In this document: one piece after another, positions 45,506 to 55,073 of the stretch
How positions within the stretch are numbered: the first letter of the stretch is position 1
Layout: the number at the start of each line of letters is the position of its first letter
Notes under the pieces: generated by a model
The model's database searches: none
The model's input: only the letters and a program-made list of their open reading frames with translations
Told to the model about the DNA's origin: nothing
Source: Minisyncoccia bacterium
Lineage (GTDB): Bacteria > Patescibacteriota > Minisyncoccia > Phycocordibacterales > Phycocordibacteraceae
NCBI GenBank assembly: GCA_038912545.1
Contig: JBCLFD010000002.1
Span: forward strand, 4,422 to 68,421
Length of the DNA: 64,000 nt
Direction of reading: 5' to 3'
Position numbers and translations under genes: made by a program

Positions 45506-46243
45506 CTATTTTTGTATTACGGACACTCCTTTGTGCTTGACCACTTCAGCCGCGCATTTGTTTGCAAACATTATCGCTTCTTCAATGTTCTCGGTTTCAA
45601 TATATTTCACCAGCAACGCTGCGAAGAAAGAGTCCCCCGCGCCTGTTAAATCCTTCACATCCACCTTTTCTACGGGATACATCTTTCCGCGAAATTGGGC
45701 CCCAAGGCTGCCCTTTGTGCAGATGACCTTCTTGGCGAGCGAAGGTCCGATCGCATGCTTAGAGCGTTCGTATTCGAAATTGTTTATCTTTATATATTTC
45801 GCCTTCGCCGCCCAGTTGCCGAGGATTTTCTTTGTATCAATAAACACTTTGTCATGGTGTTCGCATATATACTTGATATCCTCTTCGGTGAGAAACCCTT
45901 TGTTGTAGTCAGAGATGGCGACGATGTCGTATGTGTTGAGCGAAATCTTGTGCATCTTGATGCGCGGAAGGCGCGGCTCCGCATCCACGCGGATGAACAT
46001 GTGATTACTGTTCTGGTGCACATAGCGGGTCTTGGTGACGCCCTTCCATCCTGGGTTGGTGATTAGATCGCAGTGCGGGTATATCGCTTTCACGTTGAGT
46101 GCGAGATTGCTCGCCATACCGGGATTACGCGTCTCGTCGACAATGCGCAGTATCGGCACAGGGAGGTCGGGCGCAAGGCGTTCAGCATCACAATAAACGA
46201 ACACATCCTGACAGCTGTCGCCGATAATTAATATCTTTTTCAT
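45506..46243 (-). CDS. PfkB-family sugar(-phosphate) kinase, RfaE/HldE domain-I-like
   Basis: MKKILIIGDSCQDVFVYCDAERLAPDLPVPIL...NPGMASNLALN, ISDYNKG, GAGDSFFAALL. Confidence 0.75.
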   Translation of the reverse strand: MKKILIIGDSCQDVFVYCDAERLAPDLPVPILRIVDETRNPGMASNLALNVKAIYPHCDLITNPGWKGVTKTRYVHQNSNHMFIRVDAEPRLPRIKMHKISLNTYDIVAISDYNKGFLTEEDIKYICEHHDKVFIDTKKILGNWAAKAKYIKINNFEYERSKHAIGPSLAKKVICTKGSLGAQFRGKMYPVEKVDVKDLTGAGDSFFAALLVKYIETENIEEAIMFANKCAAEVVKHKGVSVIQK

Positions 46244-47274
46244 TAAAGAGTTATTGTTGGTGGGAGATGCAATTCTTCAAATGAGAGCTTTAGTTTAATC
46301 GGTGCTTTGCCAAGCATTTTGAGAATCGCATTCGCGATTGTCACCTTGGTCGGATACCAGAATTCACTGAGAGATGGTGGAGTTGGACACGGCACATCCG
46401 GCGGTGCCAACGCGAGAGGTGTCTTTTTAAAGATAAGGCCGCTCTGTGCAGCCTTCGCGATAACCTCAGACCCAAAACCAAATGCTCCGTTTGTTGTATC
46501 AACCGTAAGGAGACGTCCTGTTTTTTTAATTGATTTCTGTATGGACTTATGGTCGATTGGATTTATGCTCACAGCATCAATCAGCTCAACTCGTTTTGCG
46601 TCCTTACCCAGAAGAGTTATGGCCTGGCGGGCAGTAAAAAGTCCGTCACCATATGCAACAAGAGTTATATCACCACCCCTTTGCACGACCCTAGCCTTGT
46701 CGAGTGGTATTGAATACATTTTTTCAGGTACTGACTCTTTTACGCCATAGATCCAGCGCGATTCCATTATTACCACAGGATTTTTGTCACGCGCGGCCGC
46801 TATCAAGAGTCCCTTAGCCATGTACGGTGATGATGGCACCACAACTTTTAGCCCAGGCACGTTGCCAAACAGCGAATAGAGCGCCTGAGAATGTTGTGGG
46901 CCGTTACCCCACTGACGGCCAACCACGATTCGGAAAATAATCGGAACGGGCCCGCCGCCTCCGAACATGTAGTTCCATTTCGCCGCCTGGGTAAAGATCT
47001 GATCTGCGGCAAGGAGACTGAATTCGACGCGATCATGATGCACGATGGGGTGCAGTCCACTGATAGCGGAGCCGACCGCAAGTCCGGTAAGGGCGGCTTC
47101 GGACGTGGGCGTATCCAAAATACGGTCTGGATACTTTGCCTTCAGCCCATTCGTGGTCCCGGCAGCGCCCTGCGCTATACCAAGACCAAGTACATACACC
47201 GATGAATCCGTTGCCATTACCTGGTCAGTTGCTTCGCGTATCGCGTCTACCAGTTTGATTATTCGGTCATTCAT
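46243..47274 (-). CDS. ThDP-dependent dehydrogenase E1 beta-like / transketolase C-terminal-like subunit
   Basis: ATG at 47272-47274. ILDTPTSEAALTGLAVGSAISGLHPIV. Confidence 0.85.
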   Translation of the reverse strand: MNDRIIKLVDAIREATDQVMATDSSVYVLGLGIAQGAAGTTNGLKAKYPDRILDTPTSEAALTGLAVGSAISGLHPIVHHDRVEFSLLAADQIFTQAAKWNYMFGGGGPVPIIFRIVVGRQWGNGPQHSQALYSLFGNVPGLKVVVPSSPYMAKGLLIAAARDKNPVVIMESRWIYGVKESVPEKMYSIPLDKARVVQRGGDITLVAYGDGLFTARQAITLLGKDAKRVELIDAVSINPIDHKSIQKSIKKTGRLLTVDTTNGAFGFGSEVIAKAAQSGLIFKKTPLALAPPDVPCPTPPSLSEFWYPTKVTIANAILKMLGKAPIKLKLSFEELHLPPTITL

Positions 47275-48226
47275 AGAATACATCCGTAAACATTTCTCTC
47301 TTTTGCAAATACGGTGAGGCCTTTGCAAACTTTATTGCATCCAAAACTTTCCGTCGCGTCGCATTTTCAAGAGTTTGTAGTTGCTTATCGCTCATTCCTC
47401 CATCACGCATCTTGGATTTTATGAGCTTCATGGGATCTCGATCGAGACGGCGATCGAGAGTGTCTTCCTTTCTGTAGCCATTCTTATCATCCATTAGCGG
47501 GGTAGAGTGTGCCATGTGACGATACGTTAGGCATTCGAGAACCGCAGGCCCACCGCCAGCACGAATGCCCTTGAGTAGCTCTGCTGTCTTTGTACTAACA
47601 TCGCCATAATCGTTCCCGTCAGCTTGAAGATATGGAAGACCGAATCCCTTCACTATCGTTCCGATGTCATATTTCTTACCACGACGGTCGCTGATGTGAG
47701 AATTGACAGACCATGAATTATTTTCTATGACGAACAGTAGTGGGAGATTATAAAGAGTAGCGATGTTATATGTTTCGTACACCACGCCTTCTTCAGAAGC
47801 TCCGTCCCCCATAAACCCAACAGTCACTCCTTTTGAGCCCCTGTACTTCTGTTCAAATGCAGTACCCGCAGCAAGCGGCACAGAACTTCCAAGTAGTGGA
47901 GTCGAGCCAACAAAGTTTACGGACTTGTCAATCAGGTGCATCGAACCTCCCTTCCCTCGCGCGGCCCCTGTGCTCCTTCCGAATAACTCGGCTATCATCC
48001 TATTAAGATCCCCTCCTTTGGAGAGATAATGGCCGTGGGAACGATGTGTCGAGAGCACTTTGTCGCTAGAACCAAGTTCATGGCAGACACCCACGCCAAC
48101 CGCTTCCTGACCAATATAAAAATGCACCATACTAAAAATCTTTTCAGTCAAGTAGATCTTTACAAGTTCTTCCTCGGTTGCACGAATGAGCAACATTTTT
48201 TTATATGCTGAAAGTAGTTCTTTCAT
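47267..48226 (-). CDS. ThDP-dependent dehydrogenase E1 alpha-like subunit
   Basis: ATG at 48224-48226. YIGQEAVGVGV, HRSHGHYLSKGGD, GDGASEEG. Confidence 0.85.
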   Translation of the reverse strand: MKELLSAYKKMLLIRATEEELVKIYLTEKIFSMVHFYIGQEAVGVGVCHELGSSDKVLSTHRSHGHYLSKGGDLNRMIAELFGRSTGAARGKGGSMHLIDKSVNFVGSTPLLGSSVPLAAGTAFEQKYRGSKGVTVGFMGDGASEEGVVYETYNIATLYNLPLLFVIENNSWSVNSHISDRRGKKYDIGTIVKGFGLPYLQADGNDYGDVSTKTAELLKGIRAGGGPAVLECLTYRHMAHSTPLMDDKNGYRKEDTLDRRLDRDPMKLIKSKMRDGGMSDKQLQTLENATRRKVLDAIKFAKASPYLQKREMFTDVFYE

Positions 48227-48227
48227 A

Positions 48228-49265
48228 TCATTCCATTTCGATGAGTATTCGGGCCGCCTGTCCACTACGGAGCAATTCTATTGCCTCATTAATTCCGTCG
48301 AGTTTAAAACGGTGAGTTATCAAATCATCGACAGTCAGCTTCCCAGACTTATATAGCTCTAGATAAAGAGGAATGTCTTCCTCTGGCTTAAATTGTCCGC
48401 CCTGTGTTGCCTTAATGCTCTTGCCGTCGCCCCCAAACATATGTATCGCATTCGTAAGTTCGATGGTCTCGCCTGGTTTTGGCTGCCCTAGCATGATAAA
48501 CCTACCTTTCCCGGACAGCAGAGGTATCGTAGCCTCAATGGCACTTTTGGCACCCGAAGTTTCGATAATCACGTCCACATCCTTCAGTTGTGTTCCTTCC
48601 TGCAGCGCCGTGCGCAAATCTTCTTTCGCGGTGTTGATGTATAGGTCAGCTCCGAGTGATTGTACAAAGTCGCGCTTATGCTCATGAATGTCTACAGAAA
48701 TAATTTTCCCGGCACACGCGAGTTTCGCCGCCTTTATTAGATTTGCACCTAGGCCGCCAGCACCGACAATCATGACACTCTCCCCTGGCTTCACCTTCGC
48801 TTCGACGTTAATAGCGCCGAGTGCAGTCGAAAGTGAACATCCCAAAAGCACGCAGAGCTCGTTTGGGGCATCGTGTGGTACAGCCGTAACTCGATTTTCG
48901 GACACAATAGAATACTCGCTGAAAGTCGTAACTTTACCGCTCGGCATTTCTTTACCATGATACATATACTTCGGAAAATCTGACTCAATTCCAGCCCCCT
49001 TCCGCCAATGCATAACGACCTTGTCTCCCTTCTTTACTTTAGTGACCCCTTCACCAATTTCTTGAACTATTCCTACACCCTCGTGACCCATCAGATGGGG
49101 TACAAATTTTGCATTGCCCTTATGGCCCGCTATCTCCTGAAGCTGTGAGCCGCAGATGCCGCTTACGAGCACCTTGACGAGCACCTGTCCACGCGACAGA
49201 GGAGTCAGCCCGACTTCCGCCACGACGAAGGGTTCGTTTATACGCTCCAATACGGCAGCCTTCAT
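48228..49265 (-). CDS. Zinc-dependent medium-chain alcohol dehydrogenase
   Basis: GICGSQLQEIAGHKG, GHEGVG, VGAGGLG. Confidence 0.88.
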   Translation of the reverse strand: MKAAVLERINEPFVVAEVGLTPLSRGQVLVKVLVSGICGSQLQEIAGHKGNAKFVPHLMGHEGVGIVQEIGEGVTKVKKGDKVVMHWRKGAGIESDFPKYMYHGKEMPSGKVTTFSEYSIVSENRVTAVPHDAPNELCVLLGCSLSTALGAINVEAKVKPGESVMIVGAGGLGANLIKAAKLACAGKIISVDIHEHKRDFVQSLGADLYINTAKEDLRTALQEGTQLKDVDVIIETSGAKSAIEATIPLLSGKGRFIMLGQPKPGETIELTNAIHMFGGDGKSIKATQGGQFKPEEDIPLYLELYKSGKLTVDDLITHRFKLDGINEAIELLRSGQAARILIEME

Positions 49266-49313
49266 AATAATTCGATATTACCAAAAAGACTCCATAGCGT
49301 CCACTCGGGTTAA

Positions 49314-50009
49314 TTATGAGAACAGATAATTGGTTGATCTTTCATTCCCTAATAATTTCATATTCGTATAGCCGAGTGAAAAGAGAAAATCAGCCTCTCC
49401 TTTATTCTCTGTGATGACTATTGGCTTATGCTTCTTAAGCATTTCCTGTGCGCCGCGAAGTACTTCCTTCTCGTGCCCCTCAACATCTATTTTGATAACT
49501 GTCGGTATAACTGCAAACTGATCAAGAGATGTTGCGGCAACCCGCACCGTTCCATGTGGAGAAATGGTATTCCACCCAGAAAAATTTGCGTATCTGTCAT
49601 CGTGCTTCATGTAACGAGTCTCGTTACTGTCTGAGACGGCAACGTTCCAAGTCAATATATTCTTCCCGTCGCAATTTTTCCTTAGCAACTTAAACGTTGA
49701 AGGGAACGGCTCGAATGCGTGCACTTTGGCACCTTTGTGTGCAGCAAGCAGAGCATACCATCCTGCATTAGCTCCTATATCGAAGAATGTGTCCCCCCCC
49801 CTCAATGTTTCCCAAAGATATGAGGTAAGCGCGATATCGCCAGCAGCGTCTAGAATACCCTTGTCTTTGATGCATCTAAACTCTGGGAACGTTACAATCA
49901 TTGTGTCACCAAATATAGTCTTTCCTTTGATAACACCGGTCATATAGTTCGGCATCCAGCGGATATAACGTGGATAATTCTTTACCTGCAAGAGTTTTCT
50001 TAAGTTCAT
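49314..50009 (-). CDS. FkbM-family methyltransferase
   Basis: FFDIGANAGWYALLAAHKGAKVHAFEPFPSTFKLLRKN ... KIDVEGHEKEVLRG. ATG at 50007-50009; the track start 50024 is a GTG. Confidence 0.85.
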   Translation of the reverse strand: MNLRKLLQVKNYPRYIRWMPNYMTGVIKGKTIFGDTMIVTFPEFRCIKDKGILDAAGDIALTSYLWETLRGGDTFFDIGANAGWYALLAAHKGAKVHAFEPFPSTFKLLRKNCDGKNILTWNVAVSDSNETRYMKHDDRYANFSGWNTISPHGTVRVAATSLDQFAVIPTVIKIDVEGHEKEVLRGAQEMLKKHKPIVITENKGEADFLFSLGYTNMKLLGNERSTNYLFS

Positions 50010-50039
50010 TGATTCAATGTACACCCGAAATATGTGCGG

Positions 50040-50801
50040 TCAAGTGTTTAGAGCGCCGTACGCGAAGGTGGCATATTTGTTATAAAAATAAGTCTTTTTG
50101 CCGTGGTGGTACTGCCAATCGACAGCGTCGTCAGTCGTAACGATATGCGGCACATTGCCTAGCCACGCAGCGAGATTGCTGAAGGTGGAATTATCGCCAA
50201 TGACGACTGAACAGTGCGATAAAAGAAAAAGACCCTCGATGTCGTCTTTGTGTATGCCGATATCACTAACTTCAACGAACACAACGGCCCTTTCTTCAAG
50301 CAACTGATCATGTAGATATTCGCGTGCGATCTCATACACGCGTTCTCGCGATACGAGATACTCGCCATTCGGGAACGCTTTAAATGGTTTCTGCTTCAAA
50401 TGAAGGCCTATGAGTATCTTGTTTCTGTTCTCACCGATTACTTGCTCAATGCTCTTTTTTGCGGCTCGTGGTGGTGCAAAATGTCTTTGTATGTCTTCAC
50501 GATGCTTCTCCATTCCTGCAGGATTGCGAAACATCCAACCAAAAAAATAGGTCGTATCGCAAGAATTTGGCGATGGGGACTTTGGTGCTCCCGTCGCCCA
50601 CAGGCAGCAAGTTTTACGCATCAGGCGGTCAATGATGCGAGCATATATCATATGCAGAAATGCGAATGGCCCGTGTTCAAGCCGTGTTGTGTTGACGAAT
50701 CGTGCATTGGTTTCGCGCGCACATGCATAAATACTCATGTCGTTCCAGAGTTGGTTTGCTAATTCATGCGCACGATGTTCAACAATGACAAGTGTTTTCA
50801 T
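50040..50801 (-). CDS. Hypothetical protein, possibly GT11-like (fucosyltransferase-like)
   Basis: The C-terminal LLSHCSVVIGDNSTFSNLAAWLG resembles the GT11 NSTFSWW-A-L block. The rest is not recognised. Confidence 0.35.
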   Translation of the reverse strand: MKTLVIVEHRAHELANQLWNDMSIYACARETNARFVNTTRLEHGPFAFLHMIYARIIDRLMRKTCCLWATGAPKSPSPNSCDTTYFFGWMFRNPAGMEKHREDIQRHFAPPRAAKKSIEQVIGENRNKILIGLHLKQKPFKAFPNGEYLVSRERVYEIAREYLHDQLLEERAVVFVEVSDIGIHKDDIEGLFLLSHCSVVIGDNSTFSNLAAWLGNVPHIVTTDDAVDWQYHHGKKTYFYNKYATFAYGALNT

Positions 50802-50807
50802 ATTCTT

Positions 50808-51509
50808 TCAGATGAGTATGGTCCAATTCTTTTTTAAGACCGGAATATACCAGGAAGGATTCGTGCGCGCATACCGATGCACAAAGAGTTTTTGCCGCGG
50901 ATTGTCGTACGACATTAGGTCAACTAAAAACATAAAGACCGAGTCAACTACATGTATCTCCTCGGCACGCTCAATAATTTTGCCGTAGTCAAAAATGTTG
51001 TTCGTAAGGTACCGTTTAGGAGCGATGATAGGCAATGATGGTATCTTATTCGTATCCATACGGCTCCCATAAGTTGTATCATCGTGTACAAAGATATACG
51101 GTTCTTTCAGTACGACACGAGCATAAAATTCGTGTTCGCGCTCACTATCCTGTTCCACATAAAAACTCTCCCACTTCTTTTCATGCGGGACGCCAGCCAG
51201 ACCATAGAACTGCCGCTCGGCGAGTATCCCCACCTCTGGATCGTTATAGATAGTTCGCACCTCGCTATAGTGGTGCTTTGTGAGGTGCAGTGAGTGCCGC
51301 CACAAAAAGTATTGTTTATGGCGATGATCTCTCACAACCTCGAGTTGTAGATTCTTCAAATCTCTAAACATAAAAGAAACGGATTCGAGATACTGCGGAA
51401 TGCAGAAAATCCCCACACGCTCATATGTCTTGCAGTATTCGCGTACTACACCATTACAGATGAGACTGTCGCCGAGCTTGTTATGAAAATCGAGTAAGAT
51501 GCTAGACAT
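50808..51509 (-). CDS. Hypothetical protein
   Basis: Intact 233-aa ORF in the glycan locus. No family recognised. Confidence 0.4.
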   Translation of the reverse strand: MSSILLDFHNKLGDSLICNGVVREYCKTYERVGIFCIPQYLESVSFMFRDLKNLQLEVVRDHRHKQYFLWRHSLHLTKHHYSEVRTIYNDPEVGILAERQFYGLAGVPHEKKWESFYVEQDSEREHEFYARVVLKEPYIFVHDDTTYGSRMDTNKIPSLPIIAPKRYLTNNIFDYGKIIERAEEIHVVDSVFMFLVDLMSYDNPRQKLFVHRYARTNPSWYIPVLKKNWTILI

Positions 51510-52551
51510 GGCCTATGTGTAGTCGGTGCGAGAAATAATAACTAAAGAATGAGGATTGTCGCAAATACTGCTCATAGGTCGCACGAGCAAGGCGCTGTTT
51601 GTCCCGCCATTCTTCTTCGCCGAGAACATCATAGAAATCGCGTATGTATTGTGCAACGTCGTGAATGCGATTCATCGGCACCCGCACGATAATTGAGTCG
51701 TAATCGACAACGCCTTCTAGCGGCAATGCGATATCTGTGTCGATAATGACAGGTATCCTGCCGAGCGCGAGCACTTCGATAAAACGATTTGAATAGTTTC
51801 CGTCCCCTTTCGGTGCGAGAACGAAGTCAGACTTTACGATGCTGTTTAAGAATTCCTCTCTGGCTTTAGCGGGAGAGAGTTCAATAGTCCGAACTGCTGC
51901 CGAGAATGATTTCCTGACTATAAAGTCAGTCTGCACGAGGGGCGACTTCTCCAATGCTCGCATTGCAATGCGACGCCAATATATCCCGAGCTTATGGGCG
52001 CGCATCACGGGATTCACAAGTGCACGAAAGTCCCACAGAAAATTCTTCACGCCATACATTACCCATTGGCGCATGGTTTTATATCCGGCAAAACCACAGA
52101 ATGATACAATTGGTGTCTCATTTTTCTTTCGGTACACCACCATTTCCTCGTCGAACTCGCGAACCGTGGTCGGTACTATTATGTCCCGCACGCATAGCGA
52201 ACTTTGATAACCAGACAGGCGAAAAACAATCACTCGCGGGTCGAATCTCATGCGATCATTTAGGTCTGCGAACGAAAAGACGTGCACTGGAATCTTAATT
52301 CGTTCTGCCATATCGGCATGCTTGGCTATGTAGGCGCGTGTTGCAGAATCAAGAGTGGCGAAATTATGCGGCAGCAATACGATGTCGGCATATTCAATGT
52401 GCTCCACAAAAATCGCCTCCTTTTTAAAAAAATTCTCAGCTTGATCCTCGTTAAAAACTCCACGTGACACTGCCACCCCAAACCGAAATGCTAAGAGCGG
52501 ATGCGGGTCGCGCCCTGGAATGAGTGATGGTGTGTATATTTTGAGCGCCAT
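51502..52551 (-). CDS. Exostosin (GT47)-like glycosyltransferase
   Basis: SDFVLAPKGDGNYSNRFIEVLALGRIPVIIDTD resembles the conserved C-terminal exostosin block (FCL-P-GD...S-R..-A...GCIPVI). Confidence 0.55.
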   Translation of the reverse strand: MALKIYTPSLIPGRDPHPLLAFRFGVAVSRGVFNEDQAENFFKKEAIFVEHIEYADIVLLPHNFATLDSATRAYIAKHADMAERIKIPVHVFSFADLNDRMRFDPRVIVFRLSGYQSSLCVRDIIVPTTVREFDEEMVVYRKKNETPIVSFCGFAGYKTMRQWVMYGVKNFLWDFRALVNPVMRAHKLGIYWRRIAMRALEKSPLVQTDFIVRKSFSAAVRTIELSPAKAREEFLNSIVKSDFVLAPKGDGNYSNRFIEVLALGRIPVIIDTDIALPLEGVVDYDSIIVRVPMNRIHDVAQYIRDFYDVLGEEEWRDKQRLARATYEQYLRQSSFFSYYFSHRLHIGHV

Positions 52552-52552
52552 A

Positions 52553-53566
52553 TTAGGATGATTTGAGAACTTCGCGCATAGCAGCGATGATATCCTCTGT
52601 TTTTATGTCGTACAGACATCGGTATACAGAACCCTCCGAAGTTTTTACGCCGCACTCGCCGGTCTTATCCCCATTACAGAGACAATGCTCTCGCTCCGCG
52701 AGCATCACTACGTTCGGATTATAAGTCGGGAGCCAGCACGGATCCGAGAGATTACAGAGCACCACCGATGGAACATCGAGATGTGCGGCTATGTGCATTA
52801 CTCCAGACGCCACGCCGACACATACGCTTGACTGCTTGAGCAGACAGAGCAACCGCTCTATTGGAGGACTTATGAGAACGCGCGTATCCTTCATGCCTTG
52901 TGCGATGCGCCAAGCATGTTCCTCCTCCCCATGCGCACACGTGAGAACAAAATCATATTCGGGGAAACTCGTATGGACCTGCGCAAGCAATTCTCTCGCA
53001 TGATTGACTGGTATGCTTCGCCGATATGACCCAGCAAAAAAATGAAAAAGCAGGTATGGTTTTCCGACTTGTTCTTCACAGAGCGGTTCGGGGAGGTGCG
53101 GCCGCGTATGCACAGGGTTCATTCCCCACCGCTCTATCACGTCATCTATCATCGAAAATAGATTATCGGTCTTAGAGTTGTACCGTACTATCCGGACGCG
53201 AGAAGGTGCCGAGATATCGCGCATATGACAACGCACTTCTCTGCCACCTCGTATAGTCGCAACCCGTGAAATGATTCTCCACCATAATGGAGTAGCATCG
53301 CGAAAAGGCGCCAAGTAGGCAACCCCATTCGGCAGAAAGGATAGTTGGAGAAGTTTGAGCCACGACCGCCACTCATTCTTTAACATCTCTTGATACGCCA
53401 CGAAAGGCACTGTCCCAACAAGTTGCCGAACGATATCGCTTTTCCGCGTGGAAACGAGAGTGAGAACACTCCCTGGATCTGTGGCGACAAGTGTACGACC
53501 CAAATGTATTCCGAGAAGAGTATCGCCTATCGCTCCGCCGAAGATAAAGAGATAGCGTTTAGGCAT
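52553..53566 (-). CDS. Glycosyltransferase family 9 (heptosyltransferase-like)
   Basis: LFIFGGAIGDTLLGIHLGRTL, GVASGVMHIAAHLDVPSVVL. Confidence 0.75.
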   Translation of the reverse strand: MPKRYLFIFGGAIGDTLLGIHLGRTLVATDPGSVLTLVSTRKSDIVRQLVGTVPFVAYQEMLKNEWRSWLKLLQLSFLPNGVAYLAPFRDATPLWWRIISRVATIRGGREVRCHMRDISAPSRVRIVRYNSKTDNLFSMIDDVIERWGMNPVHTRPHLPEPLCEEQVGKPYLLFHFFAGSYRRSIPVNHARELLAQVHTSFPEYDFVLTCAHGEEEHAWRIAQGMKDTRVLISPPIERLLCLLKQSSVCVGVASGVMHIAAHLDVPSVVLCNLSDPCWLPTYNPNVVMLAEREHCLCNGDKTGECGVKTSEGSVYRCLYDIKTEDIIAAMREVLKSS

Positions 53567-54185
53567 GATGAAGTTCTATCACGAAGAAGTGGTGATAGTC
53601 GCTGTTGAAGGGGATGAAATCTGAAATAACAGTGCCGTGCTTGGCGAGCTCCTGCCGAATACGAGCGATGGCATAGCCGCGCTTTCCGATTTCCCAGTAA
53701 TGTTCGTCATTAAAAATATGCTTCTTCGGTATCGGAATCTTCCATGCAAATTGGAGACGAGGCAGAAAAGGAATCTTGAGAGAAAATGAGAGCATTGGTC
53801 CGAAATGTGGCAGACTCATAATTACGTGAGTGCGTGCAACACGACAAAGTTCTGTTACTGCCTGATCAAACTGCTCGAACGGGAGATGCTCCAGAACTTC
53901 AAATGCACAAACGACATCAAATGACTTATCTGCCACTGGAATATTCGTAACGCTCCCTACTATGTCAGGAGCTAAATCGCTCGCGATATCGAGCGATTGA
54001 TATTTGATGTTCGTATTGTTCTTAATGAAACAGCCGAAGACGCCGTCACCAACGCCGACTTCAAGGACCGAAGACGGCTTAAGCTCTAGAACTTCGCGTA
54101 ACTGCCAAAAGTAGCTTACGAACCGGCCCTCGAAGCCGTATCGAGCAAAATCGTAATGATCTCTCGTAACCTGTTGCTTTTCCAT
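53559..54185 (-). CDS. Class I SAM-dependent methyltransferase
   Basis: VLEVGVGDGVFG ... FDVVCAFEVLEHLP. Confidence 0.8.
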   Translation of the reverse strand: MEKQQVTRDHYDFARYGFEGRFVSYFWQLREVLELKPSSVLEVGVGDGVFGCFIKNNTNIKYQSLDIASDLAPDIVGSVTNIPVADKSFDVVCAFEVLEHLPFEQFDQAVTELCRVARTHVIMSLPHFGPMLSFSLKIPFLPRLQFAWKIPIPKKHIFNDEHYWEIGKRGYAIARIRQELAKHGTVISDFIPFNSDYHHFFVIELHHA

Positions 54186-54191
54186 ACTTCG

Positions 54192-55073
54192 TTATGCAAG
54201 TGTAGCAAGTATTCTCGGGATAAGTGCCGAGAGCGAATGATGCTCGCGCACATACTGCGAATCTTCGTTCTCAAGCATTTTAAGCGCGTGGTCATTCGTC
54301 TTGACGGGCAATCCGCAGGCGAGCGCTTCAAGCACTACTTTATCCAAGCTCCCCGTTTCGCTCGTGTGGATGAGATAGGCGGCTTTGCGGTACTCATCGC
54401 GCAGTCGCACCTGTGTCAGCCCACCGAGGAACTGTACATGAGCGCCCATCTCATTCGCCAATGCCTCCAGATGAGAGCGTTCAGGTCCTTCGCCCACAAT
54501 GCGTAGCTCTCTCCCCTCCCGTACCGCCTCGGCAATGGCGAGGTCATGTCGCTTGCTTCTCATGAGCCGACCAGCCGAGAGAATCCAATCGCCACGATTG
54601 ATGCTCGGATCGGGCGAAAAAAAGTCTGTATCAATACCGTGTCCCATCACTCGAACTTTGTCGCTTTTCAAACGGAAACTTTTGCGCGACGCGGTGAAGA
54701 CGATGTTGGCGAATAAAACAGCCAAACGAAGGCGTACATTAACGCTTTTATGCGTATACCAAAATGCTATTTTTTTACCGAGCAGGCGCCACAGCCATCC
54801 TGCTACCACGAGATACTCAGGATTCATGTGTACGAAGACCGTGTCATAGGTAAGCGTAGTGCTGAGGTAGAGGAACTCAAAGGAGCGACCAAGTTTGTTG
54901 GCTGAGCGGAGTTGGTGTATGTGTATGTTCTGCGGAAGTGTGTGTTCCCCCATACGTAAGCAAATAACCTCTATCTCTTCGCAGTGTTTGGAAAACTCTT
55001 GGAGCCATCGTACGAAAAAACCTAAGTAGGAATCATTCTGATCAACTGCTTGCGTGACAATGAGTAATCTCAT
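54192..55073 (-). CDS. Glycosyltransferase family 4 (short form)
   Basis: ORF trimmed to the ATG at 55071-55073 (MRLLIVTQAVDQNDSYLGFF), in an ATGA overlap with the upstream GtrA gene. C-terminal SETGSLDKVVLEALACGLPV. Confidence 0.75.
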   Translation of the reverse strand: MRLLIVTQAVDQNDSYLGFFVRWLQEFSKHCEEIEVICLRMGEHTLPQNIHIHQLRSANKLGRSFEFLYLSTTLTYDTVFVHMNPEYLVVAGWLWRLLGKKIAFWYTHKSVNVRLRLAVLFANIVFTASRKSFRLKSDKVRVMGHGIDTDFFSPDPSINRGDWILSAGRLMRSKRHDLAIAEAVREGRELRIVGEGPERSHLEALANEMGAHVQFLGGLTQVRLRDEYRKAAYLIHTSETGSLDKVVLEALACGLPVKTNDHALKMLENEDSQYVREHHSLSALIPRILATLA

